NCBI GenBank assembly: GCA_040954595.2
Contig: CM082579.2
Coordinates: 6,251,625 to 6,315,624 of the forward strand
DNA from: Balanoglossus misakiensis
Lineage: Eukaryota; Animalia; Hemichordata
DNA: 64,000 nt
Direction: 5' to 3'
Shown here: positions 12,897-57,500 of the stretch, in pieces
Numbering within the stretch: the stretch's first letter is position 1
Layout of the letters: each line of letters begins with the position of its first letter
Made by a program: the position numbers and the translations under genes
Notes under the pieces: model-generated
Databases searched by the model: none
What the model was told of the DNA's origin: nothing
What the model saw: only the letters and a program-made list of their open reading frames with translations

Positions 12897-14637
12897 CCAT
12901 ATTCATGTTTATTTTCCGGATAGAAAGATTCCGCCTTCAAGTTGTGTTTGTCATTCGTAAGTCTTACTATGCGTAGGCCTACCAGGTCATTTATTAACTG
13001 CAGGCAGGACTTAACATATAAAGATACACGAACGGGGAGTTTTTTCACTCTTTTAATTTCTTTTCTCTAAAATTTCTTACATCATAACATCAAATTAAAG
13101 ACATGGCTTCTTTAGAAAAAACAACTGTTGAAAATTGCCAGTGAGACACGGATTTCAGTAATCTTAATTCAGACTTCGCATGCATTGAGGCGTCAATCCC
13201 CGTAAAAAGTCTAATTCTTGCAAACTCATTACTTTATATTTCTTAAAAAAACATCATTTTTGCTTTTGTTACAACAAGTGTGAACCTGCATACATAGTAG
13301 CACGATTCGTTAGTATACTGGTAATTAAAAAGCTGGAGTCCTTGTCGTTCAGTATCCCGCGTTGGCAAGAGACATCGGAACATACGGGTGGTTAATAGGC
13401 GCAATCCATCCTTCAGACAACGCAGCGATCTCCCCGTGTGTAGGTCGCAAGCACAGTCGCTTGTGGACTGAAGTTAACTTAACACGTATACTTCAGTTCA
13501 CAAGAGAATGTGGTCGCAAGTCCCCGACTTTTCGGCGCACGTGCAGAGAGAGAGAGCGAGACGGTCGTGTGGTGGTTCCGTACGAGCGTCACGGGAGGAC
13601 GTTGGTGGCGCATTCCAGCTAGTAACAGTTATCCATCGGACCACACACACACACATGGCACTCCGCTGTCAGCTGACATCCAGGAAAATCTATTAATTCG
13701 TGCTGTCTCACAAATTATCTCGGTACTACATAAATTAAGAAATAGCTTAGGCGTCCAGTTTAAACTAGTACGATCAAAAACGTAAACATCACTATAAGTA
13801 AGGACGACATAAGCTTTAATACAAGCCGATGCGACTAGAATGAACACAAATTATCGGATTTGTTTTCGATTTAGTAATTGAAAACTTCGTCCACTTCTAA
13901 AATCAATCGTGGTAATTATCATACTCAAGAACAGTGCTCTTAAATTATTCTCTCGTTTCTATAATGCGTGATATTAAAATATAAAGTTTAATATGGGAGC
14001 ATAGCTCGCTTGTTCTACTTGGTAACAGTCCATATAATCTAAGCGCTATCTGGAAATGTCTTAAATCGTCTGAGGTACTGTTGTACATGAACAGCAATTC
14101 GTTTGCATCTTGTAAGTATTTCGTTTGATTCAAGAAGATAAAACCTCCCATGTTTAAGTATGCGGACCATTCTTCATTTAAACGTTCAGGTTTTGTATGC
14201 TTCAAAATCTCCGCTGCAGGTTTTTCCCCCAACGAACCCGAATCAAGTTGAAGTTGCCCGTGTCAAACGGTAATTCCGTGCTGGGTTGTTATGGAAAGGA
14301 AACACTCTGACGAGACGGCCGCTGCAAGGAGACCTGTGTTCATCTCAAACGCACATGCGCACACGTGGTAGACGTACTTCATGTTTTAATTAGGTAAACC
14401 GTTTCGAATTCGGTCTTTCCATTTTAAGGTTTTCCTGTTGTAGAACGTCTCCTTCTTCTCTTCGTTCAGGCTATTTTAATTCCAAATACAATTTCCAGTT
14501 TGAAATAATGCCTTCTTCTTGTGAGGACTGAGCAGTCACCTCGCATTATAAATACTGACAATACAGTTGCGCAGACAGACGCAGAAATCAAAATAATGAC
14601 GTAGCGGATATTCGTCCGACGTGGCCGCACTGTCTGG

Positions 14638-43981
<29,344 letters not shown>

Positions 43982-45871
43982 CTGAGGAGAGTGAAAAGAA
44001 AGAAAGGGGAATTTCAGATTCCAGTGTTGTGTCATTCGAGTTCTTGAATTTCAATCAATATGGCAATAACGAGACCGACCGATCGAGTTTCTTAATATCA
44101 CTGTTTGGTACATGTGGTATCCCAGCTCTGTGAGCACGCACTAACCCCATACAGAGCGCCACCAGGCGACTGAGTCTTTCAGCCATATTAGGCATCTGGT
44201 CGACAAACCCTTTCCCCCGTCTAGCCGTACAAACAGAGGCATGCCAATGCTTTGATACTACCCCTAAAATACAAGTTTTGCGATCACAGCAACAGTATAT
44301 CACACTTTTCCATGGCACAGAAAGCGCAAAGACAGGACTCGTAGAACGGAGTATGTCTCACCAGATCTGCACGTCTCCGTGCTGGTTATCTGACTATGGG
44401 AAATCCCGACAGCTGTTCACAATATATTGTTATTGAATTTTACTCCTCCCTATATTTAAGGCACAATAGGAGAGGTATTATAACCCTGGGAACGGCTACT
44501 ATGTTTTCTAAACAAGAAGCGTTATCTTGAATAGAGTCTGGAACTCGAAACTGAGTCTTTTTATGACAACGAGCAACACGGTACAAATATATAGGCCCAG
44601 AACGAAAAAGATCGATTTGAAGAAACGTGCGACGATGTACTACTGCCTTCGTCCAACAGTAGATCCTTCGATGGTACCTTCTGGCGGTCACGAAACCTCT
44701 CTACAGTAGTTAGCTGAAATAAATCAATTTGCGTTTTCAGACATTTTCACCTGACAAACAAATGACCCTCGGTTATCCATTACTTGCCTGTGACTAGATT
44801 ACACTTGCATTCACGCCCAATAACAGAGGAAAACCAATACGCTGCACCAAGAAAGAACAGAATAGCCTGGAGTTACAACGTCAAACTACACATCGTCTGT
44901 AATTTACGCCGTGACTTGCGTCATGATCCGCATCAAACTGCATCAGAGTGCAAAATTACCGGGAACTCGTAATTTTGTAGACAATTTCCGGTCGTGAATG
45001 CGGCGGCCATATGTAATAAGTAATATTATGGCGCGTCTTCTTTTTTCTTTATAGCGAAAGGGATCATCTCTGCCAATTTTCGTCCTTGAATTTCTCTGTC
45101 GGGCATCGACTTGTGGATCTGTTTTGAAAATTTGCCTCTCGTCAAATTTGCGTGTTGTCAGATTGTGTTGACATTCGTTCGTTCTACAAGTGCCTGTCAC
45201 GTCGCTATGGATGCGTTGTGCGCAGGCGCTACCATTTTGGCACGAATCGTTCGCGGACATAGTATTATTATACCGAAGCAGATTCACAGACCATCGATCT
45301 TTCTCTGACAAAATTGCGTTCATCCACAATGGTGCTCGTTCCAACGCAACAGTTTTTGCGGCCTCGTAACTCTCGCGAACCGTCAACTGAAATCTAGACT
45401 GCACTTTCTCCGCTATCTGTTGCGACCCCACTCTTACCTCCACAGGTATTAATTATAAAACATTGCGGACGGGATAACGATCTACCTTTCACGTACGCAT
45501 GTTCTGCACGGGGAGGAAAGTAAGGATATTAAGTCATTAAATAAATCTTATCTAATCGCCACTCCATCCCAGGGGTACACTTAGAATCGGCCAACTTTAC
45601 GGGGTTGCTCATTAGCACAAATTGAATTCTAATAACACACTATTTCGTCCCCGCTATCAACAGTCGTGGTATCAGATAAGGAAGAGGGTTGTATTAAAGT
45701 AACATTAGCGGATGGCGGCGCGGATGACTAAAAACCAGATAGTCTCTTCTGAGTGAACAGTGTTACTCGCCGTGAAAACCATCGCCTCTATTTGCACTCT
45801 TCCCGCTGATTTTTGGTGAAAACACGCGTCGTGTTGGCGGTGTGTATACCAGCGCATTGATACTGTAAGCC

Positions 45872-45873
<2 letters not shown>

Positions 45874-45942
<69 letters not shown>

Positions 45943-45968
45943 AGAGACAAAGAGACAGAGAGACAGAG
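45874..45968. repeat. (GA)n microsatellite
   Basis: Directly visible. Confidence 0.95.
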
Positions 45969-46351
45969 CAAAGTTCGAAGTATTACAAAGATTCCGCCCC
46001 TCTGAACACCAACACTAGAACATGAAATGACACGCTACGCGTGTCATCAGTCTCTATGCATAACGAGCGCGGTGTCAGCAATAAACCGCGTCACACAAGT
46101 ATCTTGTGTGCATTTTAAGCGTTCCTTTTATATAACAATATTTCAACGACAGTGTCAGGTATCCAACCGTGACATGTTGGACCATTTATGCAGCTTTGTG
46201 GTCGTTTGCGTTGACAAGAACAGATACGGTGGTCTAATTTGAAGAGGATCAGCTGCTGAAGGTTTGAGGTCAATAGGTTCATTTTGGTTCACATTAATTT
46301 TCCGTCATAGATGGTGATTAAAATAGCTTGTGTCGGTTTTTGCCGTGACGT

Positions 46352-46482
46352 CATAATTTGAAACCCGGAGTTGGTGACATCTTTGTCATTTTATATTATG
46401 TGCACTATTGTGATTACCCCGCTCTCTTAGGTTTCAACGCAATCAGGCAAGCGATACCACCCTGAGACGGATTGTCATTCAT
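46352..46482 (+). repeat. Dispersed ~130-bp repeat, copy 1
   Basis: cataatttgaaacccgga...tttgtcattt...tttcaa(c/t)gcaatcag...tgtcattcat is colinear with 60072-60202. Confidence 0.7.
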
Positions 46483-48862
46483 GAATTAGTCTGAACAGTA
46501 TTCACTACAGTAGACTTTGGAAGTAGAAACTCGTTTCGATCACGTGACGACTGGACTCGAGATGTATGCCTGGGAGCAACAATTAAGGACTTTTTTCTAT
46601 TTTCTCTAAATTTTTAACCAAAGTTTACTCCCACTCTATTCTCAATGTGAAAATACACGTGACACAAAAACTGTAACCCATAAGACAAAAGTATAGAGAA
46701 AAAAAAACTACCTTGACATTTATAAGATATGCTGTAGGGTACTGCGTATGCATTACGGGTATTATAGACTGAGTAGTAATTGTGGGCTTAGGGCTTCCTG
46801 GAAATTTTCCGCCGCAATAATTAATTTTTGGCAGCGTAACGGGAATTGAACAGTTAGTTTGAAAGATTTTATGCGAACAGTGAAAAGATTACTAGATTAA
46901 AATGGACTACTTTTGACATAAGTCACTGGCCAATTTTAAGGTTTTTGATTTTTTTAACGACCAAAAACGAAGGGATGTGACTCTGTCATTTTTCCGATAA
47001 ACACATTGAAAAACTCCCCTTGCTCCTGAAACATGCCCATTAAATTATACCTAAATTCCCTTGTAGCAGCTTCGGGGTTTGGCTTCCTTGCAAAAAACCA
47101 ACAACCCAGCGTTGACATATCCGCGCCCGCGCTCATTCAAAACGTACGCTCCGCTAGCGCAGCACGGATCCTATAAAATCGCATAATTTTCCACATCCCT
47201 GCAGACGAGAATTCAAGGAAGACATGCCGAACGGATTGTCTAGATTCTGGGATTTTACAAATTGCATGCCCTTTCTTGCGGGCTACCGGCGATGCGACAT
47301 TACAACTCGACGACTTGACCTCAATCATTTCAAAATACACGAGTGGTCTATGAACAGATGCTTTCTAACAACCCAACCTTTTGATCAATTAAGTCTGCTC
47401 CCCTCGGCGAATGCCCATACCGGCGATAATATCACTTCGATTTCTGCAATGAGTCGAATGGATTTTCTATTCTCCGTTTATAAAGGTTTATACGTGATGT
47501 GCTCTCAAGGCCCAAGTTCGGGAAGTCTTCTCAGCGGCGTGCCGAATGATGCGTCACGCTCCGTCTTTGAGTTGCAAAACACCAACTTTAAGAGCTGAAT
47601 TAACAGAATAGCAAGTCTATTTTTCTGCCCTTGTAAATAACCCGGCTTAATGGACTTCTGAGAGTTGCTGCTCCGAAAGTTTTGTTACTGGTGACCTGGA
47701 TGGATGGGCAATGCTAATGAAGATATTGAAGTGTTTATTACGCCATGGAATTTCTCTGGGAGTGCTTCTCCGGCCGTGGAGCGTAGTATTCCCTGAACAA
47801 ATGTCCATGAGTCCTATCATGCCTGTTTGGCTGATTATTAAAATCTACCTCATGGAGAGTTCGTTCGCGCCTAATGTAATGAAGATGTTGGACAGAAACG
47901 TACAGCTGGGTCCTGGTCAGACAAGTTATCGCATGCAGCTGTAGAGACTATGAGAAGATTTGTGTGCAGTGATCATATTTAGTGGTTAGCACATGATTAA
48001 TGTGGGTCAGTATTCCGCGAGCAAAGTGGACGTCATCTGCTCGGTCTGCGCGCCCCATGCCATGCGTTTCGGAATCACGCGCCGGCAACATAACACTTGA
48101 GCGCACACACACGCGGTCCACATTTACGGAGATTTATGAAGCACATTAAAAATTGAGCATGACTCACTCCCCCGATGTTGCGTTACAGTCACCTAAGCCC
48201 CTTCGCTGTCACATTTTCACGTTTTGCGGAGGTGATAACGCGTGACCGAATGGTCCCTCTCCCTTCACGACCTGGCAAACTCGGCAGATAAATAAAAATA
48301 ACTGAAATTCTGCTGTCGCCACCTGTCGTATATTACGACGATAACAAAAATCGCCATAAAATTTTATCCGACTGAGATTATAAGAGGAAGTTGCCGTTCT
48401 GTTCTAAATGTAAAAAAATAGTCCGCTGGAAGGATAATGCTGTATTCGCATGCTAAAAGTACCATTACAGGTGGCCGGCGATGACGTCATCTTATATCAC
48501 ACTGGGAATTACTAAGAACACGATTAGATATGATGGGCTTAGTGGCGGGTATATTGTTTTACCTCTAACGCTAATGGCAAACATGCATTTTCAGGCAACT
48601 AACGGTTTCATTTGTCTTCATTTAAAAACCTGAAATAAGAGCCTAGGGTTATGACAAGCATGTCGGAGTGATTGCAGTTGACATGATAACGCGGAAGAAG
48701 ATGGACGACTTGCAGCCATATTGCTTCACATCTCGAAACTAATCTGTATACATGGCTTTACAAAATGAACGTTAAGCGACTCTGTTCGTTTGACGGCTTC
48801 GAGAGAAGCACAGTCCCTGTGTGGAGGGACTGCGAGAGAAGCAAATCACTCTTGCTTTTTTG

Positions 48863-48906
<44 letters not shown>

Positions 48907-48914
48907 AACAACAA
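48863..48914. repeat. (CAA)n microsatellite
   Basis: Directly visible. Confidence 0.93.
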
Positions 48915-51207
48915 TCCTTCGAATATTTTCCGTCAGCGCGTCCTGAAGCAACTGTTATGTATTTCATTCCGCCATGTGATTAATGACCTCTTAAAGAAGC
49001 GTGAAGTATAATTGAATCTTAATTGGAGTGTCGTTATGGAAGTCAGGAATTAATTGTCGTTCTCCAATTAGTAATTTCGCGAGAGAACACCCAGATGATT
49101 ATAGAGACAAGGCAGGCCATGGGGCGCTGAAATAATCATCAGGCGTGGCGCGTGTTCGCAAGAGAAAACTGATAGCATAGACACGAGAGGTCTGAGTGCG
49201 GCGAGATCGATCTTCTAAGAGATCTTTCCACTGCCTCATCGTTGGGATGTGAAGGTTTTAAACATTCAGCATACACCCGACGTGCTTTGCTTTTTCTTTC
49301 TCTGCGCGGAGTCTTACCGCTGCATCCCCCTGGGGACAAAGGGACGCTGCGAGGCAGTAGCAAACGAGAAAAGGCACCAGGCAGATAGGCGGCGTGTGCT
49401 CATTATTCCAGCTACGCCAGATTGGAAATGTAATACGGTGACAATTACCGGTAGAAATCGGCGCGCGAAGCAAAGAAAATCTTCAAACCGAAGAAGAAAA
49501 AAATAGGGGGGTATTGGCAATTACGTTCACGAGCACTATACCCACCGCACTGTACATTTCATCTAGAGAAACGCGGATTTAATTTTAACATGACCGAAGC
49601 ACAAATGAAGAATACGGAACGCAAATGTGACCAACGTCACAGCTGCTCGTTGGTTGGAATACCAATATGCGCGGGGTTATAGCAAAACTACTTCCATTTC
49701 CACATGGAAATTGACTATTCAAGGCTTCTTGCACGCCGTCTTTAATGTCTCCTATGCGGCGCTACACGCAGCCGAGTTACGATCCGCCATGAACCTAAAG
49801 TTTAAGAACACCCTACGGGATTATTAGTGTATTTACGATTAATATATCTGGCCATTTTAATGTTAGATTGCAGCCGCAAGGTTGCGGGCCCAGCCTTTAC
49901 GAGATCTAATATATCAAGGAAAATGGTCGCAAAAGTTCGGCCACTGATGGGTTCGCTGTTCTCTTTATTTTCCGTCATAATTTGTTTTTTTTTTACTTCG
50001 TGCAGCGTTATGAAATCTAAAAAATCTCAAGCTAGCGTGTTCAATGACCTGTTGGGGAAATCGCAGTAAAATCAAAGAAACTGTTTCCGCGTGGCTTCGT
50101 ACTTGGTGGATTTTACGTCTGTTTGTATAATTGTGACAATGAATTTTTATATATCCTCATGTTCCAAGAAAGTATTAGATAAAAAATCTTGATCGATGGT
50201 ACATTGTTTGTGTAAGTATTCGCGGCGCGTGGGTGTGTTAACTGCACATGCCGACACGAATGTCGTCAACGGTTTCTTGGAAAATAAAATTCTGAGTAAG
50301 ATAATTGCGGGTGGTATAAAGGAGTCACCGTGAATGACAATGAATGATCGAGCCTTGTCGTTGCCGGGGTATCGCCTCACTTCGACGCGGATACAAACCC
50401 CTGTAAAATCGACAGTAAACATTTCGTATTGTTCGCCATTTTTCGCCTATCGAGGCAATGTCAGGAGGGGGGGGGGGTTAGAGAGAAAATAGTTCGGTGC
50501 ATGAACATATTATACCGGGTACATTCGCGACCCTATCACACATGCGTAATTGATTGGGGGTAAAGATGAACGAGCTCAGAACGGTTCGTGTTGGCAAGAT
50601 GTATCGTTCCGCTGAAAACTAATAGCCTTTCCCCCCTCTACAGCAAATCTAGACTAAAGGGGTAACAGAAGATTGATTTGGCACCGTCACAGGTGGCGAC
50701 AGAAACGGAAGCACGCCCCCACCTCCAGGGACATAGCCATCACAGAGATGATCTGTTGGCCACCTTCATCAAATACCTGTGGTTTGTATAGAAACAATGC
50801 CCCCATTGACGTGTCCCTCTTTGGGCGAGCTAAGCGTACACCTGCCAGGCAATCGACTGCATCTCGCTAAGAACAGACAGCCTCTCTGTCTGCCTGAATG
50901 TCAGATTAAAAAAGAAAGTTACAATTACAAATGTCCATACAAGTGCTGTCTTTGAAAAAAAAACGGAATCTTAATCTGCCAAACCCGGTGCCACCTGCGG
51001 GGGGAGAGGTCGTTCACTTTCGCTAGCTGATTTGTCAACTCTATACATGTATATGGTAAGATCGCGAGGTTTACCTTAGAGTAGAGTAAAAAACGAAGCA
51101 ACACGTCGCAATTGTATAATTCTTCTTCGCACGCGACGATTGTGCGAGTTCCAATTATAAGAAAAAAATAGTTTTAATTGAATCTCCGATCTGGTTTACT
51201 TTTCCCG

Positions 51208-51501
51208 TTAAGGAGACACTGTGCTATCCATTAGCTTTTTTTTTTCTCAGTTTATTTTTTCCGTGTATCAACTGCAGTTTATATCTCGTCTTCGTATAGC
51301 AGGTTGAACAAAGCATTATTTTGCCTTTCAACATGGCCTATATGTACTGCAACATTCATTGATGTTGACATGTGAATTCCAGTCCCGGCTTGACTTCATT
51401 TTCCAACAATGGCATTTGAACCCGAAAGTGCTTTTGATACAACGAATACAATTATTGAGGAAAAATGGCCAAGTTTTACAGCTAGCTTAATGGAGCTTTA
51501 A
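51208..51501. mobile_element. TTAA-bounded non-autonomous DNA transposon/MITE remnant (Kolobok-like)
   Basis: Begins ttaaggag...tccattagct and ends agctagcttaatggagctttaa (imperfect inverted ends, TTAA on both sides). Confidence 0.35.
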
Positions 51502-54500
51502 TTACATTCAAATGCGGTCACGAATCTGCCGAAAATTATATCCTGTCTTCCCCGAATTTCATTTTACACGCGAAAAGCGGATATTTGACTGGACCAATTT
51601 CCTCCTTAGAGGGTTTCGTCGAATATAAATTTTGTTTTATTTGTTGTCGCTCGTTATAATATGTAGATATTCGTATATTTGTCACAATGATGCTGTATTC
51701 TCGAAAGATGGTCGACGGTGCGCCCATGAGTTCAGTCATTACGTTGGTAGTATTAGTGTCTGCTAATACAGGTATGACGCGCTGAGGTGAGCGTGTTTAA
51801 GATTCGATGTCATTTTTGATGATCTTGTGGCTAATACGAATTTCATGCACGGGTGGGTCTTTAAAATGAGCCATTTCGTATTATCCCTCATTGTCACGAT
51901 AGGGACCGTTGGCGTGCTTTCCGGTGCATTTCCAGCATCATGTAACCGTTAACCGACTCGGTTGAATGAAAAAAGTTAAAACAGTAAGCAAATTGCTCCC
52001 AATAATGACACTCGGGCAGGTATGCAATCCCCAGAAACAATACCTGTGCCACGTGACTTGATTGGGTTACCGGCGACCTCGGCGGAAAGGGAAGCTGTCT
52101 GCGCGGGACGAGCTCGGCGTCAGCAGCTTCTGACAGGGAAATTTATCACCCACAAAGCGATACCCATTGCACGTTAATTAAAAAATGAAAATATGCGCGA
52201 CATGCCTACGTTTTTTTTCTTCAGTGCCCTGTTTTTATTTTTGTTTCGCCACACAGCCTTACCCATGTATGGTTAAATACTAGGAGCTGTGTCTGATATA
52301 TAGTGTTGGGGGTAACGCAGTATAACTGATGGGCCCAGAAGCCTGGATGGTCACCTGTTATGGTTGCATACTGCAACGTCACCCTCGACAGGTTCTGTAA
52401 TGATATTTATTGGTCGCTGAGCGCCGCACAACACGCGTTTTATTCAAGAAGAAATATGCGCCAAATGCCCCAGATGTTTCCTTTCAGTTGACCATGGCTA
52501 ACAACATTTTGAGCATTAATATTAGCACCCATAACTCAAGAAAGCGCCAACTATACGACGATTTATCACAGTTTTTTTTACCCAACCGTCCGTGCACACG
52601 CTCTCAGCAATGTCATGGTGATGTGATTTGCGAAGGAAATATGTGCATCGCTGCGTGAAAGTGTAATTATTCATGGCTGGGGTTTATTTGCTGACAGGGT
52701 GATCGTAGTTGCGACGGGCGGATTGATCCGAGTAGAAAAAATGGCGCAGAAAACTGCAACAGACAACTAACCAACCGATGACCAGCCAAAAGTGAAGTAA
52801 CACCCCAATACATGTAGACCAAACGAACCTGACAAATAGCTGCCAAGCAGTGTGGGTGCTATCACTCCCACTTCCCATGGGAAATGTCTGTTCGTCATCC
52901 TGGTCACAGTTCATTCGGTCAAAGTGAGCGATGGGGGAGGGGGTAGCAGTCGCCCCTTCGATAAAAGTCATTGTTTATATTTTGCTCCGCATTTAACGAG
53001 GCGAGTACCACACGCTCAATTGCGGCAGACGGTCTCCACTTGTCCGTACCTTGTCACAAATTCCACATCACGTCCAGCCGTTCGAAAATTTAATAACCCC
53101 ACCTGAAGAGGTCGTGGTCCCATTAAACAATGCTTGATGGAACAGACTTCTGCACGTTCATTGCTACGTGAGCAGATGTAACACGTCGCCCTTCTTCCTT
53201 CTGCGCAAGAAGCCACACAACCATTCTTTGGACGAGACAGTTGTAACTCTTATACGTATCGATCTTGTGGCACAAAAAAGCGTTTTCATTTTAAACAGCA
53301 CAATGACGAGCGGTTTAAATACTATTTTTGGGAATCAATCAATATCAGATGCCATTTTATTTTCGGAAATACATGTATGACCATGTCGCTATATCATGCT
53401 TTTAAAGGTACATTCTTGTTGACGTGGGCATTTCCATAGATGTAAATAATATACGGTTTGTCTATGTACAGAACTGTTTATTGGGAAACAGAAAAACAGT
53501 GAAGCAAATGATCGGCCGTGGATAACATATATCCCTTCAAGTCTGGCAGAGCTGTAGCACTGGTGTATTAGAGAACATCTTAATCACGGAGAGTAAAAAG
53601 GAGACCTAATATGCATCTTGCAATTCTTTCTCGCTCTGCGTAGAGCTTTTCATTGCATCCATACAACTTTCACACTTATTGATCTTCTCTGAGACGCTGC
53701 CAGGATTATAGAACGAGCAGAATTCATATTTTGAAGATCACTGAATATCAATAGGACAGTCTTTCGAGCGATCAGCATAAAAGACTTTTTCTCCGAGACC
53801 ACCATCACTAAGTTAATGACATTTCCCTATAAGATAATCTACTTTCCGCTGGCTCTGTTGGTCACCATGACAACAAGGCAACTTGCGAAAACGCGTGTAA
53901 TGTCATACCGCCAGAAATTCAATCGCTGCATCCATTCTGGATTTTGATTATTAGGAAATTTGTAACGTGACGAGGCGATTGAGTTTATAAAAAAAAGGAT
54001 ATCACTGACAACACTCCAAAGGCACTGACGCGACACAGTTTTCTCTTTTACGGGAAAATGTAAACACAAAGATTATCGCTTGCCGTGATCCGTTTAAAGC
54101 CTTAGATTGTTTTAGAAAGAAAAAATTAATTCTAAATTTCAGATGTCTTCTACAAGGTGGCCGATATAGGGAGCGACGGGTATCTAAGAGTTAGGATATT
54201 ACGATTTAGAGATATTGCGATGTGCAGCCGGTAAATGTCAAAGCTGTTTCATATTTTGACAAAACTGGTTTTGTAAGTCGACACAGAAAATTCTAAGATA
54301 GCCAAACGTCACAGCTATACCGTCGCCCTAAACACCCAGCCCACAGGTTTTGGTTATGTGTGTACGCTTAGGTCCTATGCATCTTTTATGTGCCGAAATA
54401 AACTACAGCCTGCGGCCAATATTGGAATCGGCATCAGGGAGATAAATTTACTTCTTAGTAAGGCGTAGGATTTCAAAATAACAGAAATACGAACTAAGAC

Positions 54501-57500
54501 GTTTGCTTATGTTAACTGCTTCTCCTGCATAATACATAATCAATGGCGCAAGGGTTTGTCGAAATGGAAAATTACACAAGGGACTACTTTAACGTATGTG
54601 ACTGTAAACAACCTACATGTACAATTTTCATACATTGCGATTGCATTTGTAATTCAAGAAAATGGGATCAGAGCGCTATGCCTACAATCTACAGTAGACT
54701 GTGGATTTGATTGAGCAACTTTGTACTCTGTGGGTGTTTGTTTTTACAGTGGTGGGTATGCAGAAGAGAAAATATAGTCCTTACTGAGACTTTTGTCGCA
54801 GTTGCAAAGAAGTTCGCGTGGATTTATGCAAATGAGCAATATGCTAATATCAGACTACGGGACTACTTTTTTCTGTTGGCAAGCATTGTCTGCCATGCTC
54901 TCCCACTCAAGGTTTCTGCTTAGTAAAACTCGATTTGTTTCCTAAGAATCGTTATCAGAACAACACATTAAACGTCCTTGAGTGTCTGACTTTTCGGATT
55001 GACGACAATTATTACACTTGTCACATTTGCTCGAGTCGCTTGGTCGCAATCTTGAGACACCAGTTCACACCATAAAAACCGCCCACACGCTCGGTTTTGG
55101 GTTTTGCACGTTCAACGTCTTTGCCGAGCCATCCATGAAAGGAGACAATCAAAGGTGTCAGAGATACTTGACTCTGTTAACTGACACTTGTCGTCTCGCC
55201 GAGTCTGGATATTAGTCAGATAAATTAACATCGCAAAAGATGCCTGGATTGGCAGTTCTTACGAAATCCACCGCCCACGATAAGTCCTTAGGATGTGACC
55301 GTGATAATATGTGACGAAGATTGAAGTTAGGTCCTCTAACATAGGAGCTGCCAAATGCCACAATTAACATCTGCACGATGCATTTTACTAGTGTCCCCCA
55401 TCAAAATTATTTCCGACAATGTGATTGCGCTATGTCACTGTGACGCCATATCTATTTTTTTTGGAAACTAATTCATGTCATAACTCATCTGGTTGCCTGG
55501 CCAGAATCTGCTAATTAAATATAGTGGATTGGCATTCAATAAAAACCGAGCATGGAGTTGACAGCGAACAAATAATTGAAAATATTATTTATCGGGGTGG
55601 AAATAGTAAAATGGCAAAACTACATCGGGTCGATGATTTCGATATTCCGGCATCCCCTGTGGACTTCATAAGGGAATAAGTTATAGTTAGTGATTATGTA
55701 ACTTAACGGTTATTCGATACAGAAGGTGGAAAACTAAATTCCGTCTTTATATCAGGTACCAGCGTTACCCGAAATGGTTCCAATCAAAGTAACAAATAAA
55801 CATATCCTGATGGAAGAGCTCATGTGAGGAGACGCTGTCTATCCCGGGCTCCATCTCTTCACCATGTGTGTACCAGGGGAACTTCTCTGTGTTGATTTTA
55901 CTCCGTGCCGTGAATGATTATGAGTAACGTTCTCTCTTCACCTGGCATGAATACTCCGTGAAGACTGTTCGAGCGGGAAACGAAGATCTTGTAACCTGAG
56001 CCAAAAAACACTGCATGCGCGGAACATCTGATGAAATAACTATACCCGGAGGGAATTTCGTCTGGGAAAGTTAATTTACCCCGGGGATATCTAAAAGAAA
56101 GATGTGAATAACTTCACACCGCACGGGCGGCGACCGTTTTTTTTTCAGGCAAGTTTTTGTCCTCATTTAAATAAATGCAAGTCTATGAGCGCGCAGTTTT
56201 CTGACTAAAGTGGCTGTGTGGGAACGATAAACCCATGCATACAGTACGATATAATACGTCGACTCGCCGAGTCGTTAATTTCATATATGTAAACGTCAAC
56301 CAAATCAAAATCAGTCATGCGGACTTGGTTTGGTTAATTAGCTGTATGACTCTATTAATAGTTAATTTAGTTTTATTTCCAGAGGTTGTCTGATTTATAC
56401 ACGCAGGATAAATTGAGAAGTCGCCATCTTTTTTTCGCTCATAATTCGGTTATTTTTATGTTGTGACACGCTATTTGCGTTATGCTGTCGGCTTAAACAT
56501 GTTCAAATGCTTATAATTAGATGTCGTTCTCGCCCTGTCTGTAACATCCTTGAATAAATGCTTTGTTCGCATAATTTATGTCGCATACCAGGCATAGAAG
56601 TTGTTACGAACCAAAAACTCGCAACACAAACACCCAGACAGCAACAACAATGATACACAGTACACCCAAAGTTATATGTTTCACTGCGAATCTATTCGTC
56701 ACAGGAAGAAAAATAATATCATAGTACAAGCATTGAAACTTAAATGTTACTAGGATTCTTACTGAAATATTGTAATGTCCTCAAGAAACTTGTATCAGTT
56801 CCGCGGTAATATTACACACGTGGTGAGCGGACGCGATAATTCAGTGTTCCGTGAGTTCTCTGCACCTACCCGACGATGGTTCACGCTGGCGTGCTGCTTT
56901 CTCACACATTTCTTTCCTGAAGTCCTCTCAGAAGAAAGAAACAGGTTCACTTTACTTACAGTTGCTGGCGTAGACATGCATTTTAAGTCCGAGAGCAACG
57001 CTGAATTCAAACCAACAGGACATACCCGACGCGCTGAACTTCAACACCGAGCTCCCCCCACGTGGATTACAAGATTCCAGTCCCCGTCGCTCATGGCCGA
57101 GTACGACTTGTCTGTTTTCTGGTCGGCTCATGCCACTTGACTGCCGTTGCAGAGAGTCAAAAACCAAAAACCCTTACGTAATATTCAAAATACCCAGGTG
57201 TATGGCTACTACAGCTAACGCTATGTTAATTACGTACACCCTTATTGTTCATTCACCACTGATATTTAAATTATATGCATTCGTAGTACAATCGTGACAA
57301 AGTCAATGAAATATCTACGGTCTACGCTTGCGATATTGCGAACGTTGAAGTTAGTGTGTGGTCAGTTCGTGAAGTTTACTAGGGACTCGAAGCGGGGTAA
57401 TTTACGCGTCTGTCTACTCACACGTGATCAGTTAACTGCTGTCAAACTGACACATACTTTTCTGGACTTTACTAAACTTAGCCCGTGCAGACACATTGAC

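Noticed and set aside
44943-45443. 166-aa minus-strand ORF as the receptor's N-terminus
   Set aside because: It starts at GTG, has no signal peptide or Venus-flytrap motifs, and has no suitable in-phase donor.
47900-47985. THAP-like motif (RRFVCSDHI)
   Set aside because: Only a short CSxH-like match; the upstream CxxxxC and W/P signature is absent and the frame has several stops.
50340-50400. NDRALSLPGYRL resembling the GABA-B N..DILPGY.L motif
   Set aside because: It is on the + strand, opposite to the receptor, with an in-frame stop just upstream; considered coincidental.
52684-52971. 95-aa minus-strand ORF with a hydrophobic segment
   Set aside because: No family motif and no splice linkage; too little support to call a gene.
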